Source of the DNA: a virus
Strand: one strand, 5' to 3'
Virus record (IMG/VR): IMGVR_UViG_3300030061_003600
DNA: 64,000 bases
The position numbers were made by a program, and so were the translations under genes. Position 1 is the first letter of the stretch. Each line of letters starts with the position of its first letter. Below, piece after piece: positions 57,066 to 64,000 of the stretch. The notes beneath the pieces are model-generated. The model was not told the origin of the DNA, made no database searches, and saw only the letters and a program-made list of their open reading frames with translations.

Positions 57066-58436
57066 ATGGATAAAAATTTATTGGGACTAATAGGTGTCGG
57101 TGTGGCTGCCTATTTTATTCTTAACAAGAAGAAGGATGAGGAGGTTGCTATAACCACCAATGAACCTACCACACCCGTAGACCCAATTATTTCTGATGTA
57201 ACACCCGTTACACCAATAGTAGACCCATATATAGACCCTAACACAGGAGTTGTAACACCCGTTACACCAATAGTAGACCCATATATAGACCCTAACACAG
57301 GAGTTATTGTAGACCCTATTGTACCACCTGTAACAGATGTAATAGGATGTATGGACCCTAACTCAATTACTTATAACCCATTAGCAACTATGGAACCTGT
57401 TTCAGGATTAGATGCAAATGGTAATCCGGTATGTCAGTATGGCGACCCGATTGACCCAACTCCGGTTATAACACCGGGATGTATGGACCCATTAGCAACT
57501 AACTATGACCCATTAGCAACAATAGACAATGGGACTTGTGTATTACCTGTAACTCCGGTTGCAGGATGTACTGATGCTACTGCAACTAACTATGACCCAT
57601 TAGCCACATCTGATGATGGTAGTTGTGCTTATGCTCCTGCTCCAATAGCAGGATGTATGAACCCGTTGTCAGATAATTATAACCCATTAGCAACAATTGA
57701 TGGGGAACCTTGTATAGGTCCATTTAATCCAATGCCATTAATTCCGGGATGTACAGATGCAACTGCAAACAATTATAATCCAAGTGCCGAAGAAGATGAT
57801 GGCTCGTGTACTTATGATATAGGCGGGTGTATTGACCCAACTGCAAATAATTATAATGCAGGTGCGAATATAGATGATGGAAGTTGTACATATGATATAG
57901 GCGGGTGTATTGACCCAACTGCTACTAATTATAATATAAATGCCAATATAGATGATGGCTCTTGTGATTACACACCGGCTGCCGTTATGGGATGCGTAGA
58001 CCCTACGGCTAACAACTATAATCCTTCCGCAAATGCAGATGATGGTAGTTGTACTTATGATATAGGAGGATGTACTGATGCTACGGCAGCCAACTACAAT
58101 CCAAGTGCGAATGTTAATGATGGAAGTTGTGCTTATACTGTAAATTGTTATCCTCAAGGATGTTTAAGTCCGGGTGTACCTGAACCTATGCAATCATATT
58201 CAGTAATTGGTTCGGCAACTTGCCCACAATACACACAACAAACACCGGCTGACTGCGGTGCATTACCTACAACAGGATGTACTGACCCAAATGCTATTAA
58301 CTATGATGCAGGAGCAACTACACCTTGTGCAGGTCAAGGCGGAGGCGGAGGTAACGCAGGTGGAGGAGGTCTAAATCCAACACCAAATGTCGGAAGAAAC
58401 TTTAGTGGAGGACAATTTATGTTTGGAGATTATTAA
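57066..58436 (+). CDS. N-terminal TM protein with ten GC[TMIV][DN]..A.NY...A..DDGSC repeats
   Basis: Repeats counted in the translation; ends FSGGQFMFGDY like 50851. Confidence 0.8.
   Translation: MDKNLLGLIGVGVAAYFILNKKKDEEVAITTNEPTTPVDPIISDVTPVTPIVDPYIDPNTGVVTPVTPIVDPYIDPNTGVIVDPIVPPVTDVIGCMDPNSITYNPLATMEPVSGLDANGNPVCQYGDPIDPTPVITPGCMDPLATNYDPLATIDNGTCVLPVTPVAGCTDATATNYDPLATSDDGSCAYAPAPIAGCMNPLSDNYNPLATIDGEPCIGPFNPMPLIPGCTDATANNYNPSAEEDDGSCTYDIGGCIDPTANNYNAGANIDDGSCTYDIGGCIDPTATNYNINANIDDGSCDYTPAAVMGCVDPTANNYNPSANADDGSCTYDIGGCTDATAANYNPSANVNDGSCAYTVNCYPQGCLSPGVPEPMQSYSVIGSATCPQYTQQTPADCGALPTTGCTDPNAINYDAGATTPCAGQGGGGGNAGGGGLNPTPNVGRNFSGGQFMFGDY
57197..57304 (+). repeat. 54-bp tandem duplication encoding VTPVTPIVDPYIDPNTGV x2
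   Basis: Read directly; copies identical. Confidence 0.9.
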
Positions 58437-58453
58437 TATATAAAAAGAATAAA

Positions 58454-59263
58454 ATGGGATTTTTAGAAAATAATGAAACAATGGCTTGGTTAAATCAAGC
58501 AGGGGGCGGATGTCCTTGTCAGTATGCAGGTTGTACAGACCCGGCAGCAAATAATTATGATGCAAGTGCATCTGTTGATGATGGAAGTTGTACTTATCCA
58601 CAAATATCGTGTTACAAATGTGTTGGAAGCAATTTAGTAGGAAATAACTTTAACGGACCAAGTTGTCCGGGAGGATGGAGTGCAACTCCACCAAATTGTA
58701 CACCTATAATTAGAAATTTTAGTGGAGATTACTATAATATACAAGGAAATGATGGAAAACCTTATGATATAAGAAATTGTCCTTGTGGAACTTGTCCCGG
58801 GGCAAATAGTTGTGTTCCGTGTGACCATAATCCTTGTGGAGAAGAAGCAATTATGCAAGACCGACCAAATAGAGGTATAATGCCTATTTCTCTACCACGA
58901 ATGGATGGAAGAAAAGTACAAGCGGGAGGAAGATTATCTCAAAGAATTTCAAAAGGAGATACTGACCCTACTGATGATATGGGTTTTAGAAGATTTGATG
59001 GTTCTAACAGAATGGGCTTTGATAATGATGGAATGGCATCGGATATTTGGTTTAACGCAAGAGGTAGGAAAGGAAGAAGAGGTAGAGGACAATCAAGGTT
59101 AGATTCAGGAGGAAATTGTTATTATACCTGTCCTAATGGCGGAACTGTGACTTTACCTTGTGATGAGCCGGTAGTAAATATAACTGCTGCTTGTGGTACA
59201 CAATTAGCACCTGCTGATGATAGAATGAATAGATTTTCAGGAAACGGCTTTACATCATATTAA
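58454..59263 (+). CDS. Cys-rich mosaic putative virion protein
   Basis: N-terminus like 49253, C-terminal blocks like 49826. Confidence 0.7.
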   Translation: MGFLENNETMAWLNQAGGGCPCQYAGCTDPAANNYDASASVDDGSCTYPQISCYKCVGSNLVGNNFNGPSCPGGWSATPPNCTPIIRNFSGDYYNIQGNDGKPYDIRNCPCGTCPGANSCVPCDHNPCGEEAIMQDRPNRGIMPISLPRMDGRKVQAGGRLSQRISKGDTDPTDDMGFRRFDGSNRMGFDNDGMASDIWFNARGRKGRRGRGQSRLDSGGNCYYTCPNGGTVTLPCDEPVVNITAACGTQLAPADDRMNRFSGNGFTSY

Positions 59264-59265
59264 TT

Positions 59266-59811
59266 ATGGGAAAAGGACTTAAAATAACATTAATAACAGT
59301 AGGTCTGCTTGGAACAGGAGTAGGTTTATATTTCTTATTACGACCTCGTGGAGGAAAGAATGGAAAAAATAAATCTACTGATGATAGTATCTTTGATAAA
59401 GTAATAAGAAACACTTTTTATGGTGATGACTCTTTTCCTTTAAAGAAAGGAAGTGGAGGCGACAAAGTGAAAGCACTACAAAGATTTTTGAACGATGCGA
59501 ACTCTAATAATAATTTAGATGTAGATGGAAAGTTTGGTCCTTTAACTGAAGCGGCATTAAAAAGTGAGCAAGACCCATTTGAGCAATTTAAAGTTTCTTA
59601 TCCTAATGCAGTTTATGGTCAAGTTTCGCAAGGTTATTATAATGACTTTGTAAAAGAATATGAAGGTACAACGACTACCATACCAACAACTCCAAACCCT
59701 TCTAATTTTTTAGATAGGGATAATGATGGTGTTTCGGATTATATAGATGGAGATGGTGGAGCAGGAACAAATTTTACAGGCGGAATATATAATAATGCTT
59801 GTGGGTGTTAA
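59266..59811 (+). CDS. N-terminal TM protein with peptidoglycan-binding domain (PG_binding_1-like)
   Basis: FPLKKGSGGDKVKALQRFLN...LDVDGKFGPLTEAALK. Confidence 0.8.
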   Translation: MGKGLKITLITVGLLGTGVGLYFLLRPRGGKNGKNKSTDDSIFDKVIRNTFYGDDSFPLKKGSGGDKVKALQRFLNDANSNNNLDVDGKFGPLTEAALKSEQDPFEQFKVSYPNAVYGQVSQGYYNDFVKEYEGTTTTIPTTPNPSNFLDRDNDGVSDYIDGDGGAGTNFTGGIYNNACGC

Positions 59812-59846
59812 TAATAAATAATATAAATTGAATAAATAATATAGTT

Positions 59847-59978
59847 ATGGCAAAACAAAAAATGAATATCGGAGGATTTGCAGTTTCACTTGTATTAACA
59901 GGTGCTCTGTTTTTTGCACTTGGTTATGGGTGGCAAAAAGGTAGAAATATAGCAGATAGAAGAAGAGAAGAAGCATAA
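59847..59978 (+). CDS. small TM protein (43 aa, not in ORF track)
   Basis: FAVSLVLTGALFFALGYGWQKG, a tail similar to 41334 and 40619. Confidence 0.7.
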   Translation: MAKQKMNIGGFAVSLVLTGALFFALGYGWQKGRNIADRRREEA

Positions 59979-59998
59979 ATTAATATATAGTATATACT

Positions 59999-60478
59999 AT
60001 GGGAATAGATTCAGGTTTTAATAGTTTTGGGTTTGTAGATGACCGAGAAGAGGAAGAAAGATGGGGGCTTTTAGATAAGAAATTATCTGAAGCGAACTCT
60101 CCTACTCCTCCTAAAGAAGAAGATACAATTCATACTATTGATGGAAAAATGGAAGTTGGTGATGATGGCACTTCTGATTGGGTTGAAGATATGCAGAAAA
60201 GTAGTTTAAAAACCTATAAAAGAAAAAGTGCTAAAAACAGAAATTTCTTTCAAAGAAATAAGAGAGAGATATTTGATGCGGTAATTATATTAGGCATCAT
60301 ATATGTAGGTTATAAATTATTCTTTGAGAAAGATGAAGATGGCGATTTTGACCACGGGGGAGAAGTAGATTATACTCCTACTCCTCAATCCGTACCGGCA
60401 CCTGAACCTGCGGCTCCTATAAATCCTGCACCTCCAAGACCGGAGATGCCGGAAGCAACTTTTAACCCTGAAGCATAA
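59999..60478 (+). CDS. membrane protein with one FDHGG motif and Pro-rich tail
   Basis: TM AVIILGIIYVGYKLFF, then FDHGGEV. Confidence 0.7.
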   Translation: MGIDSGFNSFGFVDDREEEERWGLLDKKLSEANSPTPPKEEDTIHTIDGKMEVGDDGTSDWVEDMQKSSLKTYKRKSAKNRNFFQRNKREIFDAVIILGIIYVGYKLFFEKDEDGDFDHGGEVDYTPTPQSVPAPEPAAPINPAPPRPEMPEATFNPEA

Positions 60479-60588
60479 TGAGAGAAGATAATAGAGGGGA
60501 TAAAAAAAAGAGGAAGCCAAGAATAGTGTTTTGGACAATTTTAGCAGTAGGACTATGGTATATGAACGAAAAAGTATTTAAAAAATAA
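60478..60588 (+). CDS. small TM protein (36 aa, not in ORF track)
   Basis: Overlaps the upstream stop; IVFWTILAVGLWYM. Confidence 0.6.
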   Translation: MREDNRGDKKKRKPRIVFWTILAVGLWYMNEKVFKK

Positions 60589-60592
60589 AATT

Positions 60593-61108
60593 ATGAAAGA
60601 ATTATGGTTTGGTCAAGCGGGGGTTACTTTATCTCAACACGGAGATGGAGATGATAGATTTCCGGGATGGCAAGAAAGTTTTGGAGCCGGTACATATTTA
60701 GGAAATGATGATTTCCCTAACGATGATGCATCGCATATAGAAATAGATAGCGGATATACTGCAACATTAAGAGAACACGGTCCATCTGATGACAGATACC
60801 CGGGTAATGAATATACTTACACAGGACCTACTACTATGAACTTAAATCATTTTAATGATGAATTAAGCGAACTTGAGGTAGATGAGATTGTGGAGCCAAC
60901 ACCTGACCCAATACCTGACCCAATACCTGACCCAACAATAGAGGATGAAATAATAGATGCAGATATTCCCGTAGATGTGCCTGATATGCCTGATACAGAT
61001 ACAGGAGATGTTGATGAAGCAGGTTTAGCAGGAGGAGGTAATACAATGTTATATGTTGGAATAGGAGCAGTTGCATTAGTGGCAATCGTTTTAATGATGA
61101 AAAAATAA
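60593..61108 (+). CDS. beta/gamma-crystallin-like domain protein with C-terminal TM
   Basis: VTLSQH...NDDASHIEIDSGYTATLREH...FNDELSELEV two-motif pattern; PDPI repeat linker. Confidence 0.6.
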   Translation: MKELWFGQAGVTLSQHGDGDDRFPGWQESFGAGTYLGNDDFPNDDASHIEIDSGYTATLREHGPSDDRYPGNEYTYTGPTTMNLNHFNDELSELEVDEIVEPTPDPIPDPIPDPTIEDEIIDADIPVDVPDMPDTDTGDVDEAGLAGGGNTMLYVGIGAVALVAIVLMMKK

Positions 61109-61112
61109 AATT

Positions 61113-62201
61113 ATGGCTGAAAACAAAAAATGGATAGCAGCAGTAAATGCAGAAATGAAAAAGAAGGGAACAGTAGGTTCTTTTACTAAACAAGCCAAAA
61201 GAGCAGGAATGTCTGTTCACGATTTTGCTATGAAAGTAAAGGAGAATCCTGAAGATTATTCTAAAAAAACACACGAAAGAGCAGGTTTGGCTTTAACTTT
61301 TGAGAAAATGGCTAAAGATAGAAAGTATGCAGCAGGTGGAAAAACTCAAGGATATAATGATAAGTTAGATGAAGATTTAGGAACAAGATTAGGTAGAGAG
61401 AGAGGTTATAAACAATCATTAAAAGACCGTAGAGATGAAAGTAAAGCAGGAAATAAAACTCTTGGTCGTAGAGCATATGCAAGTGTAGATACTATGGATA
61501 AAGGAGATAGAATGTTTATGCACGGAGGAAAAACTAAAATGATGCACGGAGGTTTTACAGAAGATTACACATTAAAATTCAAAAGAGATACAGATGTTAG
61601 AATTGTAGGTGAAGATGGAAATGTAGTTGATGTTGAAAATTATAAAAAAGGTGACCAAGAAAAAGTAGATATATTATCTTCTGATGGTAAATTTTTAATG
61701 GTACAATTTCAAGATGGTTATGTAGGTCATATCAATAAAGAAGATGTGCAAGACCAAATGTATATGCACGGAGGCAAAACGCAAGGTTATGCCGATGAGC
61801 AAGATGAGAGTTTAGGAATGAGAACAGGAGCAGAATCTACTAAAAAACAAAGTATGAAAGCCCGTAGAGATGATTCTTACGGAAAGTGGGGTAAAAGAGA
61901 TATGGAAGATAGAGATATTACTATGGCACGAGGTGGGTCTGTAAAAGGAAAAATTGATAGAGATAGATATGTAAAACTGCGAAGAGATAAAGACAAAGAA
62001 ATTGCTAAACTAAAGAAAGAAAAAGGTGCTTTAAGAAAAGCAACTATCACTAAAGAAAAATGTGATGACAAAATTGAAACTCGTTTAGAGGGAGAGTCAA
62101 ATGCAATAAAATTGAAAGAGTCAAGTGGAGATACCAACCAAACTTTACTTATTGGAGGTGTAGCCGGAATTTTATTTGGAGCATTCTTAATTGGAAGATA
62201 A
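61113..62201 (+). CDS. third GG-motif modular protein, with C-terminal TM
   Basis: YAAGG, FMHGG, MMHGG, YMHGG, MARGG; two related GGKTQGY modules. Confidence 0.75.
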   Translation: MAENKKWIAAVNAEMKKKGTVGSFTKQAKRAGMSVHDFAMKVKENPEDYSKKTHERAGLALTFEKMAKDRKYAAGGKTQGYNDKLDEDLGTRLGRERGYKQSLKDRRDESKAGNKTLGRRAYASVDTMDKGDRMFMHGGKTKMMHGGFTEDYTLKFKRDTDVRIVGEDGNVVDVENYKKGDQEKVDILSSDGKFLMVQFQDGYVGHINKEDVQDQMYMHGGKTQGYADEQDESLGMRTGAESTKKQSMKARRDDSYGKWGKRDMEDRDITMARGGSVKGKIDRDRYVKLRRDKDKEIAKLKKEKGALRKATITKEKCDDKIETRLEGESNAIKLKESSGDTNQTLLIGGVAGILFGAFLIGR

Positions 62202-62203
62202 TT

Positions 62204-64000
62204 ATGAAAAGAAGAAATAGACAAAATAGTTATGAGAGAGGGGGGCAGTTAGAACTTGCCAAGGCAATGGGTAATGTTGCCAAAAAAGGTGAAAAAGAAA
62301 TTAATGAGGGAAGAGAAGAAATAAAAAGTTTAAGAAAGGATATTACAAAGACAGAAAATGAAGTTAATAATTTGAAAAGAGGTATTGACATTCAAAATAA
62401 ACTTAAAACAAAAAAAGAAGGTATTATTAAGGACATAAAGAAAGATTTAGGCGGAATATATAATACTGTTCAAGATGCAAAAAAACAAAAAGCAAAATTT
62501 GCCGATGGTGGAGATATAAAAGCCACATCTGAATACACTTTTAGCGAATTATATAAAATGCCTTATGGTAAATTAGAAAAGTATTTTAAGAAGTTTTATG
62601 GATATGAGGGAGATGAAGAAGTTGTTTTTGATGAAATATATACAGATAGTCAATTTGTGGGTAAAAGCGAAAAAGAAAAAAAGAAAATACTAATAGATAA
62701 TTTCAAAGATTTTGCAAAAGGTGGGGAAATAACAAATGCAGATGGCGAAACTAAAACAAAAGAAGAGTGGATAAAAGATTGGGAGGAATGGCAAGAAAAA
62801 TCATACGGAAGTGAGTATTATGATGTTCCTAAACTTGTAGAGCACTATGATATGCAAGGAGAACTTGCAGAACAAGTCAAATATGATTTAGAAATAAGTA
62901 GAAGTCAAGCCGAAGAGTTGGCAGAAATGATATATAAAAAACATTCAGAAGGGGGGACAAAATTTAAAAAAGGTGGGGATTTAGATTGGGGAGATGAATA
63001 CACAATAGAAATTTGGGAAACGGAAGAACACAGGGAGCATTTAGGACCTGACACTATATTGCCTGATGGCACGACTGATGAAGAGGTTATTTCAGAGGCA
63101 CGGAAGTTTTTTGAAGATTATGCTGCGGTAGAGGTTGAGAAAAATGGAGAAGTTATTTTTCATATATCTACTGATGCCCCTAAAGGAAAAAGATATGCAA
63201 AAGGTGGTAGTGTAGAAGATAAAGAATATGTATTAGAAAGATACTATGTATATGTAAGCCGAGATAGTTATGAAGAGGGAGAGTTAGATAATGTGCATAA
63301 TTGGGATAGTTCTGATATGCAAGAAAATAATAAAACTTTCTCATCAAAATCTGCTTTAATGGACTTTATCAAAGAAGTAATTGATAGAGATACACAAGAG
63401 GACAGGACAATAGATGATTACTTTATGATTGAAAGTGATGATGATGAAACTACTATTGATTATTCAGTATTATGTAAGTATAATGCATTAGGTAGAGGTT
63501 ATGACCATTACGAAAAAGCATCTGATGAAGAAATAGAAAAATGGAAGAAAGGTGATTTAGAACTATTTAATGTTGGTTTTACATTTAAAGTAAAGGTATA
63601 TGAGCCGAGAAAGAAAGCAGAATTTGCAAAAGGTGGAATTACCAAAGAAGAAGCCATAAAGGAAGCATTAAGGCAGGGGGTAGATTTTGAAAAAGATTTT
63701 CACGCACAAAGTAAAGGGAATGAATTAGTAGAGATAGCCAAAAAACAAGGTTATCAAAAGCCAAAAAGTGCAAGTGGGAGTAGAGGGAGATATTTCTTTT
63801 ATTATTTACAAAAAGAATATGATAAGAATAAAGAATATGGCTACTATGATGATTATGCTAAAGGTGGATTTATTAAAGACAACTATTGGGGAATTGATGA
63901 AGATGAATTTAATGAATTAAAAGAAGAAAAGCAGTTAGATTTAGGAAAATGGCATCTGTATTATAATGATACTATGAATGAGTGGGAGGCAACAATGGAT
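62204..64000 (+). CDS. fourth GG-motif modular protein, 3'-truncated by the window end (not in ORF track)
   Basis: Manual translation from ATG 62204 stays open to 64000 (599 codons); YERGG, FADGG, FAKGG, FKKGG, YAKGG, FAKGG, YAKGG. Confidence 0.85.
   Translation, partial: MKRRNRQNSYERGGQLELAKAMGNVAKKGEKEINEGREEIKSLRKDITKTENEVNNLKRGIDIQNKLKTKKEGIIKDIKKDLGGIYNTVQDAKKQKAKFADGGDIKATSEYTFSELYKMPYGKLEKYFKKFYGYEGDEEVVFDEIYTDSQFVGKSEKEKKKILIDNFKDFAKGGEITNADGETKTKEEWIKDWEEWQEKSYGSEYYDVPKLVEHYDMQGELAEQVKYDLEISRSQAEELAEMIYKKHSEGGTKFKKGGDLDWGDEYTIEIWETEEHREHLGPDTILPDGTTDEEVISEARKFFEDYAAVEVEKNGEVIFHISTDAPKGKRYAKGGSVEDKEYVLERYYVYVSRDSYEEGELDNVHNWDSSDMQENNKTFSSKSALMDFIKEVIDRDTQEDRTIDDYFMIESDDDETTIDYSVLCKYNALGRGYDHYEKASDEEIEKWKKGDLELFNVGFTFKVKVYEPRKKAEFAKGGITKEEAIKEALRQGVDFEKDFHAQSKGNELVEIAKKQGYQKPKSASGSRGRYFFYYLQKEYDKNKEYGYYDDYAKGGFIKDNYWGIDEDEFNELKEEKQLDLGKWHLYYNDTMNEWEATMD

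Larger units (their letters stand above)
1..64000 (+). mobile_element. Segment of a large bacteriophage genome, probably tailless and membrane-containing, infecting Bacteroidota; both ends lie outside the window
   Basis: Near-unidirectional dense ORFs; packaging ATPase, capsid candidate, amidase, RusA, DarB-like helicase; no host housekeeping genes seen. Confidence 0.9.

Noticed and set aside
4463-62224. Many minus-strand and alternate-frame ORFs in the track (e.g. 4463-4696, 17274-17699, 36827-37072, 57738-58157)
   Set aside because: They lie within longer, motif-bearing + strand genes and look like shadows of biased codon usage or repeats
1-64000. Eukaryotic giant virus, or a recoded genetic code
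   Set aside because: Amidase, peptidoglycan-binding domains, RusA and operon-like overlaps indicate a bacterial host; genes tile fully under the standard code
1-64000. tRNA or rRNA genes
   Set aside because: No intergenic gap shows a cloverleaf or rRNA signature by eye; tRNAscan-SE would confirm

Overview
The whole 64 kb window looks viral. It is AT-rich and densely coding, with about 85 genes, all but one on the + strand, and no tRNA, rRNA, CRISPR or host housekeeping genes seen. The host is probably a Bacteroidota bacterium: TAnnTTTG promoter elements, A-rich starts without Shine-Dalgarno sites, an amidase, peptidoglycan-binding domains and RusA. No terminase, portal or tail genes are visible. 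Instead there is an FtsK/HerA (A32/P9-like) packaging ATPase, a codon-optimised 239-aa beta-rich major capsid protein candidate, and about 30 small single-TM proteins. This suggests an unusually large, tailless, membrane-containing virus, an inference that needs structure searches. Gene order: SSB-like/GNAT/GT genes; MoxR-vWA module; degenerate DNA methyltransferase plus 2456-aa DarB-like SF2 helicase; two GG-motif modular proteins; PAP2 phosphatase, amidase, RusA, HTH; methyl- and glycosyltransferases around the ATPase; capsid gene; long morphogenesis operon; two more GG-motif proteins (the last runs off the window and is absent from the ORF track). Two cross-gene peptide codes stand out. (1) [YFM]-[AE]-K-G-G, usually encoded AAA GGT GGN, separates dozens of mostly unrelated 50-130 aa modules in four proteins. 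(2) aromatic-x-[N/S]-[A/Q/H/F]-x-G recurs in about 20 structural proteins including the capsid leader, and a HExxH protease lies in the same operon. Family names come from motif recognition and memory, not database searches.
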